NCBI GenBank assembly: GCA_964579265.1
Contig: CAZOFO010000009.1
Coordinates: 1 to 31,762 of the forward strand
Direction of reading: 5' to 3'
Length of the DNA: 31,762 nucleotides
Source: Candidatus Micrarchaeota archaeon
Lineage (GTDB): Archaea; B1Sed10-29
Position 1 is the stretch's first letter. The number at the start of each line of letters is the position of its first letter. Positions 8,440 through 16,945 of the stretch are shown in pieces. The translations under genes were made by a program, and so were the position numbers. Below the pieces are notes generated by a model that did not search any database, was not told where the DNA came from, and saw nothing but the letters and a program-made list of their open reading frames with translations.

Positions 8440-8649
8440 TTAAAGTTGTCTGGATGCTAGTCTGACGTCTTCTGCGGTTACTGTTTTTCTTCCTGCATGT
8501 CTTGCTAGTCTTAGTGCTTGTGTAGATACTTCTTCTCCAACATCTTCTAGAATTTCTGCAAGTTCGTTTGCAGCTTCTCCAGATACTCTTTCGGCTCCTG
8601 CTTTTCTAATTACTCTGTCAACAGGTGCTCTTGGTAATTCTCTTGCCAT
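8440..8649 (-). CDS. Archaeal histone (HMfA/B-like, single fold)
   Basis: ELPRAPVDRVIRKAGAERVS...ARHAGRKTVTAEDV, with a strong SD (GGAGGTG). Confidence 0.97.
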   Translation of the reverse strand: MARELPRAPVDRVIRKAGAERVSGEAANELAEILEDVGEEVSTQALRLARHAGRKTVTAEDVRLASRQL

Positions 8650-8686
8650 TTTAATCCACCTCCTGAAACAAGTAAGGGGATTATCC

Positions 8687-8701
8687 TTTATAAATCTTTT
8701 G
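8687..8701 (-). promoter_or_regulatory. Histone gene promoter (BRE plus TATA)
   Basis: Minus strand AAAAGA-TTTATAAA, 38 nt upstream of the ATG. Confidence 0.7.
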
Positions 8702-8819
8702 TTTTTTAGGGTTTTTAGAGGTGGTTTAGTTGGTTTTGAAGGCGTTTTATCTCCAAATATTTGTTTTTTTGAATGGTTGGTTGATTTAATCGGGTTTTAT
8801 GTTCTACTCTATTTCTCTG

Positions 8820-10025
8820 TTAATATACCTTTATTTTTCCTTTTGATAGGTCCCTGCAAAATTCGTTGATGTTTTCCAGTTGTTCGTTTATTTTCTCTTT
8901 GGCTGGTTTTTCTATTTCCTGTATTTTTGTGTTTTCTTTTGTCCTTATTTGGGCTGAAGCGATTAAAGGTTGGTCTATAGGTTTGCCTATTTGGCTTAAT
9001 AACCAGACGTAGGTTTCTTCTATTCCGTTTACTTCTTCGTATATATTTTTAGCCATTTTGTTTGCCAAGACATTATATATTTTTCCTACGTGGGAATAGG
9101 AGTTTTTACCTGCTGCTGCTTCGCTAACGTGTGGTCTGTTAAGGGTTATAAGTCCGTTCACTCTGTTTCCTCTGCCTACTTCTCCTGAATCTCCTGATTC
9201 TGCTGATGTTCCTGTAACGGTTAGGTATATTCCTTTTTTTCCTCTTTCTTTTTCATCGAGCATATTCAATTTTACTTTGGTTTCTTCTTGTCCTAGTTCT
9301 TCATGTATCTTGTTTCTTATTGTTTCGAGTGCTCTTTCTTTTTTTCTGAAGTAATCTGGAGAGCTTTCTATGTATTTATCTATGAATGACATTGCTATGG
9401 TGATCCTTTTATCTTTTTTTATCCTGGATCCCATTACTTTTACATCTTCCCCTGTGTATGGATGTTTTTCTTTGTATTCTTTTGAGTTGAGTATTTTTTC
9501 TGTTTCTTTCACGGTTTTTTCAAGTTCTGTGAATGGTGCGTATCCTACAGCTGCGGAAGTGTCGTTCGCGGGTGGTTTTTCTCCTTTTCTCGCGAATATG
9601 TCTGAGAGATTTTCTGCTGCTGGTTTTATCTCTGAGTTGTATTGTACGTTTCCTGGATCTAGGTTCCTTATGTTTTGTTTGAACCATTTTCTAGCTGTTT
9701 CTATTGCTATTCTGTCTATGTTTATTTTTTCTCCTTCGTATTCGAATGTTGCTCTATCCCCGAATATTAGTTTTGGTTTTCTTTTTATTTCTCCTCCTTT
9801 GAATTTGGTTTCTGTTGTTCCTGCTGCTATCATCCCTTTGTCTATGTTGTGGTGGAGTACTCTTCCGAATTTTTCTCTGTATCTTTTTGTTATTTCTAGT
9901 GATACTTCTTCCATTATTGCGTCGCAGATCGTGTCTGGATGTCCTATACCTTTTCTTTCCACTACTTCTGTTTTCTTTTTCTCAATTGGTCTGTCGTTTT
10001 TTTCTTCTATTTGGATATTTCTCAT
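8820..10025 (-). CDS. mat: Archaeal-type S-adenosylmethionine synthetase
   Basis: EVVERKGIGHPDTICD, LHHNIDK, ANDTSAAVGYAP, GEDVKVMG, GTSAESGDSGEVGRGNR, AAGKN..SHVGKIYN. Confidence 0.97.
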   Translation of the reverse strand: MRNIQIEEKNDRPIEKKKTEVVERKGIGHPDTICDAIMEEVSLEITKRYREKFGRVLHHNIDKGMIAAGTTETKFKGGEIKRKPKLIFGDRATFEYEGEKINIDRIAIETARKWFKQNIRNLDPGNVQYNSEIKPAAENLSDIFARKGEKPPANDTSAAVGYAPFTELEKTVKETEKILNSKEYKEKHPYTGEDVKVMGSRIKKDKRITIAMSFIDKYIESSPDYFRKKERALETIRNKIHEELGQEETKVKLNMLDEKERGKKGIYLTVTGTSAESGDSGEVGRGNRVNGLITLNRPHVSEAAAGKNSYSHVGKIYNVLANKMAKNIYEEVNGIEETYVWLLSQIGKPIDQPLIASAQIRTKENTKIQEIEKPAKEKINEQLENINEFCRDLSKGKIKVY

Positions 10026-10099
10026 TTTTCTTCATCTCCCCTGTTTTGTTTAAGGTACTTGTTCTTTTCAATGTTTTGTTGTTCTAACTACAACAGATT

Positions 10100-10792
10100 C
10101 TAGGTTTTTTTCTTACGTGTTTCTATTTCTTTTAATCGGTAGATCCCTCTGTTAGGTGTTTCTATTTTCTTTTTTCCTTTTTTAACTATTATTTCTCCAT
10201 TGAATAAGGGTGCTTTGAGTACTGTTGTTTCGTATTCTCCTCCTTCTCCTGTTATATTGATCTTCATTTTTTCTCTGAGTTCTTTAAGTTCTTTTAGTGT
10301 TTCTTCATTTATCTCTCTACCTAGCCAGGTTTTATCCAGTGCTCCAGATGATATTTTTGTTATTATAGTTCTGTATTCTTTTTTTGATTGTTTTTCCATT
10401 ATTTCATCCGGGTCTTTTTTCCATAGTGGACAGATTGATTTTAATCCTACTTCTTTTCCTATTTTTTCAAGTCTTGTTTTTTGGTATTCTGATTTTATTG
10501 CTCCTGAGATGAATCCTTCTATTTCTTCTTTTTCTTTTAATTCTTTCAAAGCTTTTTTAAGTGGTTTTAGTTCTTCTTCTTTTTCTCCTTTTGTTTTCAC
10601 GGTTGTGTAAGGTATGTTCATTAGTTTTGACTGTGTTTCCGGTATCTCTGGGTTTGGACGGTGGTACATCCATGAGTCCTTGTTCTCCGGTTTCATGATT
10701 ATGTTTTTCTTTATCTCCCATCCTTTTGATTTCGCTACGTGTATTGAACTCACTGAGTCTTTTCCTCCTGACAGTAGTGCTGCTACTTTCAT
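10100..10792 (-). CDS. dph6: Diphthine--ammonia ligase (PP-loop ATPase)
   Basis: ALLSGGKDS, SWMYH, GAIKSEYQKTR, PLW, GEGGEYET. An alternative start lies at 10807. Confidence 0.9.
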   Translation of the reverse strand: MKVAALLSGGKDSVSSIHVAKSKGWEIKKNIIMKPENKDSWMYHRPNPEIPETQSKLMNIPYTTVKTKGEKEEELKPLKKALKELKEKEEIEGFISGAIKSEYQKTRLEKIGKEVGLKSICPLWKKDPDEIMEKQSKKEYRTIITKISSGALDKTWLGREINEETLKELKELREKMKINITGEGGEYETTVLKAPLFNGEIIVKKGKKKIETPNRGIYRLKEIETRKKKT

Positions 10793-10819
10793 TCGATCAC
10801 TTTCCATAGAATTTATTTT

Positions 10820-12508
10820 TCATCCTGCTATCAGTCTAAGCGGGTGTACAATAGCTAGTATCAGGATTATGATCGCTATGATCAATGCTATTGTTAATAC
10901 TGTTCTGAAGTCCATTTCTTCCGGTATTATCCTCTCTATTATTCCTTCTTCTCCGGTTTCTACGTGGAAGTTCATGGTCTTGGTGTCGGGTAAGTGGTCC
11001 GGTTTGCTGGCTTCTATTTCTATTTCGTATTCTCCTGTTTTTTCGGGGTAGTACTCCGTTCTGTATATTTTTTCTTCGGGTTCTGGGAGGAGTGTTTCTT
11101 GTGATTTTTTACCTTCTGGATCGGTTATTGTTGCTTCCACTACCGCGTCTTCAACCAGTATCTCGTTCTGATCTTGTACTTCTACCTCTATTTCCATTGG
11201 TCTTCCTTCTTCGACTTCTATCTCTTCTCCCGGTTCTGGTTTGATCGGATTTATCTCCAGGTAGTTTTCAGTAACTATAAATTCAACGGAGTCAATTGCT
11301 ACTTCTTCATCGAGCTTTGCTCTTACTGTCAAGGTGTGTCTTCCTTCGTCAGGTTTTCCTAGGTTTCCCTCCCATTCTCCTACTCTTTCACTTTCTTGAA
11401 GTTCTTTCCATTCTCCCGTTCCCAGTCTGTAGGTGACGTTTGGTTCGTGGGTGTATTCCTGTTCTTTTTGAGTTGCTGCTATTATTCTTATTTCGCTTCC
11501 AGCTGAATAGTGAACTGGTCTGGGTGTTATTATATCTGTTTTGAGTTTTCTTTCATCAGGGATTTCATCTGGGTGTCCTATGTCTAGTTTTATTGAGTGT
11601 TCCTTGTCTTCCCAGGATACTTTGATTGTGTATTCTCCTGGTTCTTTGAATGTGTGGCTTGTGACGTATAGTCTGTCTCTTTGTTCTATTTTACCCGTTT
11701 CAACTATTTCGTCGTAGTAGAGTATCTCGTAATCTATTTCTTCTCCGTAGATTATTTTATCATCTATTCCTCGTAGGCTCACCATTATGTACCTGGTTTC
11801 GTTTATCGCGATTCTTGTTTCGTGTTCCGGGTAGATTATTTCCAGTCTGTCTCTTTCTTTTATTTTCTCCTCTGCTTCGGTTTTGTTTATTACTTTTATG
11901 TTTCTTTCTTTCTCTATTTCGTGTTGTTCTCCTTGAAATTTTACTGTAAGTGTTTTTTCTCCGGTTTCGTTAGCTTTTATCTTTCCTCTGTAGGTTCCTA
12001 TGTCTCTTTTTTCCAGTTCTGTCTCTATTCCTGTTATTTCTGCTGTGAATTCTCCATCTACGAAATCGCCTCTTTTTACTGCTCCTGCTTCAACCGTGAA
12101 TTCCTCATTGACTTCTTTTTCTTCGTTTTGTTTAGGGATATATATCTCTAGTTCTGGTTCTATGTCTTTTACTTCAATTGTTTTTTGAGCTTTGTCTTCC
12201 TGTCCTTCGCTGTCGACCACGGTTAATTCTGCGGTGTATGTACCGGATTGACGGTAGGTATTATCTACTGTTATGCCTTCTTCATCGATTTGACCGTCAC
12301 CTTCAAAGTCCCATTTGTATTCTTCTATTGTGACGTTTTCAGGAGCTGTGGAGCCTGTTGCATCGAATTGAACGGTTAGTGGTCTTACTCCTGTGGTTGG
12401 TTCTGCGGTGAAGTTCGCGGTTGGTGCTCCCGTTGCTATTCCCGATAGCGCTATTGTTAGGGAGAAAATGAGTGTTGGGATCAGTATCTTACTGTTTTTC
12501 ACTTTCAT
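10820..12508 (-). CDS. Cell-surface protein with a PKD domain, further Ig-like repeats and a C-terminal membrane anchor
   Basis: Signal peptide; PTANFTAEPTTG..PLTVQFDATGS...YKWDFEGDG...GTYTAELTVVD (PKD); recurring PGEYTIKV-like strands; C-terminal TM helix. Confidence 0.88.
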   Translation of the reverse strand: MKVKNSKILIPTLIFSLTIALSGIATGAPTANFTAEPTTGVRPLTVQFDATGSTAPENVTIEEYKWDFEGDGQIDEEGITVDNTYRQSGTYTAELTVVDSEGQEDKAQKTIEVKDIEPELEIYIPKQNEEKEVNEEFTVEAGAVKRGDFVDGEFTAEITGIETELEKRDIGTYRGKIKANETGEKTLTVKFQGEQHEIEKERNIKVINKTEAEEKIKERDRLEIIYPEHETRIAINETRYIMVSLRGIDDKIIYGEEIDYEILYYDEIVETGKIEQRDRLYVTSHTFKEPGEYTIKVSWEDKEHSIKLDIGHPDEIPDERKLKTDIITPRPVHYSAGSEIRIIAATQKEQEYTHEPNVTYRLGTGEWKELQESERVGEWEGNLGKPDEGRHTLTVRAKLDEEVAIDSVEFIVTENYLEINPIKPEPGEEIEVEEGRPMEIEVEVQDQNEILVEDAVVEATITDPEGKKSQETLLPEPEEKIYRTEYYPEKTGEYEIEIEASKPDHLPDTKTMNFHVETGEEGIIERIIPEEMDFRTVLTIALIIAIIILILAIVHPLRLIAG

Positions 12509-12609
12509 GGTTTAATTATATACCTTTTAAATATAAATCTTTTGGGGTTATTCCGTATTTTAACTTGGGTCTGTTTTGAAAAATAAGGATGAAAAAGAGG
12601 TTTGGGTTT

Positions 12610-12822
12610 TTATCCGTATAGTTTGTCCCCTACTAATGGCTCTGGATCTTTTTTTGGACTTATTATAGCGTATTTACTGTATTCTTCTCCTTTGAAACCT
12701 ATTACGTTACCTATAAATCTTTTTGATTCATCGTATATTTGTTCTCCTTTTTTCACTGGTTCTTTGGTTTTCATTATAAGTTTCCCATCTTCTATGGTTA
12801 CAGCTTTTCCGAGTTTTTTCAT
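12610..12822 (-). CDS. gar1: H/ACA RNP protein Gar1-like
   Basis: MKKLGK...IYDESKRFIGNV...Y...LVGDKLY; the 70-aa length and pattern match archaeal Gar1. Confidence 0.7.
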   Translation of the reverse strand: MKKLGKAVTIEDGKLIMKTKEPVKKGEQIYDESKRFIGNVIGFKGEEYSKYAIISPKKDPEPLVGDKLYG

Positions 12823-12885
12823 TTTTTAAGCCTCCTCTGGGTGCGTGTTTGTTGGTGTTTTCCTTTAATTTAATCCTTTTGTTTT

Positions 12886-13734
12886 TCACTCTGTGTGTAT
12901 CTCTATTATATCTTCGTCCTCTAATACGTGGTCTTTTTTCACTCTTTGCCCGTTGTATTTGTCCGTGCTTGTTCCCCATACTTTTGCATATTTCAGTTTC
13001 TCTGAGAAGTCTCTGTGTATTTCTTCTCCTGCGTTTTGTACTGTTGATCCTCTTTTCAGGACTAGAGGGTTCTCTTTGTCCGGTTCTTTCCCGGGTTTCT
13101 TGGTGTAGATTTTTATTAGGTCGAAGTGATCGAAGACTTCTTTTTTCTCAGGTATTTCTTCCTTCTTCAGTTTCATTATTGGTTTTCCGTCTGCATTTAT
13201 TTTTTCCATTTCTTTTTTGATTGTTTTTTCTTCTTTTTCCGGGTTATCTCCGAGTTTCATTATCAATCCGTCTGTGTTTTTTATTATGGACATTATTTCT
13301 CCCTGTTTTTCCACCGCGTTATCCGTTATTGGTGGTAGATCCACCAACTGTATTTTTGCTCCTTTGTGGTTGAGCATACCTACTTCCGGTTCTTTGGTCG
13401 TGTAGGAGTACCTGGCTATCTCTGGATCTGCGTTGGTTAATTTTTTTAACAGGGTTGATTTTCCTGTGTTTGGGTATCCTGTTATGCATACTTGGTAGCC
13501 TTGTTTTTCTACTGCTAGGCTGTATCCTCCTTTTCTTATCTCTTCTCTTTTTTCCTGTTTCTTTTTGAGTTTTTTTCTTCTTCTTTTCAAGTTTTTGAGT
13601 ACTTTCTCTGCACCTTTGTGTTTTGGGCACTTGGAGATCATTTCTTCTGTGTACTTTATTTTTTCTTTGAGGTTTCTTGCTCCTTCGTATTTTTTCTTGG
13701 CTTTGAGGTATTCGGGTGAGAAGTTAACGGGCAT
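12886..13734 (-). CDS. DRG/OBG-family GTPase with a C-terminal TGS domain (shortened)
   Basis: PKHKGAEK N-terminal helices, GYPNTGKSTL (G1), YSYTT (G2), IYTKKPG...IHRDF...YAKVWG...GQRV..DHVLEDEDIIEI (TGS). Confidence 0.9.
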   Translation of the reverse strand: MPVNFSPEYLKAKKKYEGARNLKEKIKYTEEMISKCPKHKGAEKVLKNLKRRRKKLKKKQEKREEIRKGGYSLAVEKQGYQVCITGYPNTGKSTLLKKLTNADPEIARYSYTTKEPEVGMLNHKGAKIQLVDLPPITDNAVEKQGEIMSIIKNTDGLIMKLGDNPEKEEKTIKKEMEKINADGKPIMKLKKEEIPEKKEVFDHFDLIKIYTKKPGKEPDKENPLVLKRGSTVQNAGEEIHRDFSEKLKYAKVWGTSTDKYNGQRVKKDHVLEDEDIIEIHTE

Positions 13735-13764
13735 TTTTATCACTCATATATTTTTTATTAGTTC

Positions 13765-13899
13765 TTACTTTCTTCTTTTGTATAGTATTATGATTATCAC
13801 TAGTGATATTGATAGGGTTATTGCCGCTTTTTTTAGAAGTTTGTTTTCTTCGCTGGGTTTGTACTGGGTGTTTTCTATTCCTGCTTCTTTTTTAGGCAC
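13765..13899 (-). CDS. Putative 44-aa single-pass membrane peptide (not in the ORF track)
   Basis: GTG start; MPKKEAGIENTQYKPSEENKLLKKAAITLSISLVIIIILYKRRK; a TM segment followed by a basic tail; no clear SD. Confidence 0.45.
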   Translation of the reverse strand: MPKKEAGIENTQYKPSEENKLLKKAAITLSISLVIIIILYKRRK

Positions 13900-14030
13900 T
13901 ACATGTATTGGATTGTTTTTTGGGTTGAGTACGAAGAGATTTTAATGGGTTAGATAAAAAATAAGGTTGGAGAAAATAAGGGGTTTGGGGTTTGGCATTT
14001 CCTTTACTCTTTCCTCAATTCTTTGTTACT

Positions 14031-14339
14031 TTACATGTTTTGAGTCATTAGGTCAGCCATTGCCCATAGTGCTCCTATTAGTACCAGGATAAGACCTACT
14101 ACTTGGAACAAATACAGACCGTATTCTCCAATCGTTTCTTCTATTCCTGCTTCCATCCATACTGTATTCTCTAATACTGCAAATACTCCTCCAAGTATGA
14201 AGGAAATTGCTCCTGCTCCTATCCATGAGAATGCTTTTTCTGATTTCTCTCTTATATTACTGTATTCTACAAAAACCAGTGCTAGTAATAGCGTTATTCC
14301 TGTTAGAAGCCCTGGTCCAAGTCCTGAGATTATTGCCAT
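14031..14339 (-). CDS. Small three-TM membrane protein, hypothetical (paralog A)
   Basis: Three hydrophobic helices; SD GAGGTGA; its own TTTATAAA box at 14374-14381. Confidence 0.85.
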   Translation of the reverse strand: MAIISGLGPGLLTGITLLLALVFVEYSNIREKSEKAFSWIGAGAISFILGGVFAVLENTVWMEAGIEETIGEYGLYLFQVVGLILVLIGALWAMADLMTQNM

Positions 14340-14466
14340 TTAAATCACCTCGATAATTAAAAAGATAAACCCCTTTATAAAACTTATCTATAGTGATTGT
14401 CGAAAAGATAAGTATAATAAAAAAATAAAGAAAGAGAATCTAAAGTTGATTCTCTGGTTTTAGATT

Positions 14467-14901
14467 TTAAAGAGTTTCTTCGTTTGTTTGTGCTCTTATA
14501 GGTTCAGTTAGGTTCATCACTACTTTGAATAGTGCTCCTAGTAGGCCTATTATCACTAGGATTATAGCTATTACTGCAAATAGCCATGTTAGGTAGTTTC
14601 CTAGATTGAAAAGACCTTCAATCTCCCAGGATATTCCTAGTATCACTAGTATTGACATTATTCCTGTTAGGAAGAAAGATAGTGCTCCTGCTTCTATTAA
14701 ACTAGCTACACTTCCGTATTTTCTTCCTCTTCCTAGGTACTTTACTCCTGCCAGTAATACTATTAGAGCTATCCCTGCTACGAACCATAGCGTTGGCTGC
14801 ATTCCTAGTTCTCCTATCATCATTGTTTCTTGTAGCGTTTCTGATCCTATATCCTCTATCAGTTCTTTGAAGGGTGTGTTGGTTAGTCCTATATTGATCA
14901 C
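14467..14901 (-). CDS. Small three-TM membrane protein, hypothetical (paralog B)
   Basis: Aligns by eye with paralog A (AGALSFFLTG vs AGAISFILGG); SD GAGGTGA; TTTATAAA at 14937-14944. Confidence 0.85.
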   Translation of the reverse strand: MINIGLTNTPFKELIEDIGSETLQETMMIGELGMQPTLWFVAGIALIVLLAGVKYLGRGRKYGSVASLIEAGALSFFLTGIMSILVILGISWEIEGLFNLGNYLTWLFAVIAIILVIIGLLGALFKVVMNLTEPIRAQTNEETL

Positions 14902-15107
14902 TTTTTGTCACCTCTATACCTCTAAATAACTTCTGTTTTATAAATGTTGATTTCGATGATCGTGGTGATTTATACGTTCACTTTTAAACTTCGGGGGAAA
15001 AGAATAAATAGTGTATAAATACTCTTTTTATGTTTTTCCCAAACCTTTAAATACCACTATTTCCTAATCAAAGGTGAATGCTTCAATTCTATAAAATAGG
15101 TGTATGA

Positions 15108-16034
15108 ATGCCTGAAAATGAAATAACCTGCCCGAACTGTGACTCCACCGATTTCACTCGAGACAAAAAGAGAGCTGAAATTGTGTGTAAAGACTGCGGG
15201 TGTTTAGTAGACCAATCAATAATAGACCCCGGTCCTGAGTGGAGGGCATTCGAACCTGAAGAAAGAGAAGAAAAATCAAGATCAGGAGGACCCTTAATCC
15301 TAGCAAAACCTGATAAAGGATTAACTACCCAGATAGACAGGTTCAACATAGATGGAAATGGAAACCAGATATCTCAAAAGACAGCTAAACAGATGAGCGG
15401 ATTGAGAAGATGGCACCAGAGAGCATCGATATCAAGCTCGCTTGAAAGAAACCTGAAAACAGCTTTCAGAGAACTCAGAAGAATCACTGCTGCACTGGAA
15501 CTGCCTAACTCAGTGGCTGAAGAAACCGCGAAAAAATACAGGAAGATAGTTAAAGAAGGGTTAACAAGGGGAAGATTGATTGAAGAAGTATTAGTCGCGA
15601 CACTTTACATAGTATGTAGAAAAAGAGGAATACCGAGAACTCTAAAGGAATTATCAGAAGTAAGCGGAGTAGAAGAAACAGATATAGGAAAAACTTACAG
15701 GTTCTTGAAAGACGAGATGGATATAGACGTTCCATTAGCCGATCCAATGTGCTACGTACCTAGATTTGCAAGCAAAGTAAATCTAAGTGGAGAAGTACAA
15801 GAAGAAGCAAAAAGAATTCTAGAAAAAGTTATAGAAAAAGGATTAATCTCTGGAAAAGGTCCTACCGGGGTAGCTGCAGCATCACTATACATCGCAGCAG
15901 CTAAAAAAGGAGAAAGAAGAACTCAAAAACAGGTAGCGGAAGCCGCAGGGATAACCGAAGTAACTATAAGAAACAGGTATCAGGAACTGAAGAAAGAAAT
16001 GGATCTGAATATAGAAGAACCGTTATCTAGATAA
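15108..16034 (+). CDS. tfb: Transcription initiation factor IIB
   Basis: Zn ribbon CPNC...CKDCG, IDPGPEWRAF B-reader, ERNL..A, two cyclin repeats, GKGPTGVAAA, TEVTIRNRY. Confidence 0.97.
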   Translation: MPENEITCPNCDSTDFTRDKKRAEIVCKDCGCLVDQSIIDPGPEWRAFEPEEREEKSRSGGPLILAKPDKGLTTQIDRFNIDGNGNQISQKTAKQMSGLRRWHQRASISSSLERNLKTAFRELRRITAALELPNSVAEETAKKYRKIVKEGLTRGRLIEEVLVATLYIVCRKRGIPRTLKELSEVSGVEETDIGKTYRFLKDEMDIDVPLADPMCYVPRFASKVNLSGEVQEEAKRILEKVIEKGLISGKGPTGVAAASLYIAAAKKGERRTQKQVAEAAGITEVTIRNRYQELKKEMDLNIEEPLSR

Positions 16035-16116
16035 TGTATCTATTTCTAAAAATAACCAGGTTCTCGACTACAAAACACTTAAATATCATATTCTCAACAA
16101 TAATAAATAGATCAAT

Positions 16117-16344
16117 ATGAAAACTTACCTCAGTATATGGCTTCATTCAGAAGGCGAAAGACCTTCAAAAGTGAATGAAAAAATAAAAGACTTCGGCTTC
16201 AAGCCAGTTAAAGGAAGCTACGACTACGTATATAAATGGAGTGATGAAGCTGATGTTGAAGAAGTTTTAAACATAGGAGATAGAATTCAAAGCGAGCTTG
16301 ACGGAGATAAAGTTCTCTTCGAGCTAGAAACTATTAGAGAATAA
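16117..16344 (+). CDS. Small hypothetical protein (tandem paralog 1)
   Basis: 75 aa; about 30/75 identical without gaps to the next ORF (manual count). Confidence 0.85.
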   Translation: MKTYLSIWLHSEGERPSKVNEKIKDFGFKPVKGSYDYVYKWSDEADVEEVLNIGDRIQSELDGDKVLFELETIRE

Positions 16345-16386
16345 ATAAGAAGCGTTTCCTTAAGATCTAGATTGGAGGTTGGATCT

Positions 16387-16614
16387 ATGAAAACTTACCT
16401 AAAAGTAATATTCAATAGCGAAGGAGAAAAAACAACTTCAGTAACTGATAGATTGATGTCAATGGGTTTTGAACCATTAGAAGGTAAAAACGACTACGTT
16501 TATCACTGGAGCGAAAACGGAGAGATAGACGACACTATAAAGATGGCTGAAAGAGTTTATTCTACATTAGGAGGATGTGGAGTCTACTTTAGTCTTGAAA
16601 CAGTGGAAGAGTAG
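16387..16614 (+). CDS. Small hypothetical protein (tandem paralog 2)
   Basis: SD GGAGGT then ATG 16387; shares MKTYL, SEGE, GF.P..G..DYVY.WS and F.LET with paralog 1. Confidence 0.85.
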   Translation: MKTYLKVIFNSEGEKTTSVTDRLMSMGFEPLEGKNDYVYHWSENGEIDDTIKMAERVYSTLGGCGVYFSLETVEE

Positions 16615-16627
16615 ATAAAACTAAATT

Positions 16628-16792
16628 TCAAAGGTAGTTATCCGGATCCATATCCTTTGTTTCCCATGGTTCCATGTTTTCCTTTTTCTCCTTGAGTTCC
16701 TCCAGGTTGGTAATGAGTTCTACTTTTCTCTGATGAGAACCTGTATTTTCCAATTCGTCTTCGACTTTTTCTATCAATTGATCTATGTGCAT
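16628..16792 (-). CDS. Small acidic hypothetical protein, 54 aa (not in the ORF track)
   Basis: SD GGTGA upstream of the ATG; MHIDQLIEKVEDELENTGSHQRKVELITNLEELKEKKENMEPWETKDMDPDNYL; fills the intergenic gap. Confidence 0.65.
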   Translation of the reverse strand: MHIDQLIEKVEDELENTGSHQRKVELITNLEELKEKKENMEPWETKDMDPDNYL

Positions 16793-16945
16793 TTTCTAAT
16801 CACCGTTTGTTCATTCACTTTAGATGTAAGTATCACAAGTTTTTATATTTTTCCCCGAATTCCGAAGAAAAATTTAATCACTTATTTAAAGCTTGGGTTC
16901 TTTATCTTCAGTGCAACGAACTTGATAGAGAGGTAACTGAAGAAA

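Noticed and set aside
16117..16614. Cas2 or toxin-antitoxin assignment for the tandem small proteins
   Set aside because: No Cas2 YDI-type motif, no cas genes or array, and the two genes are paralogs rather than an unlike pair.
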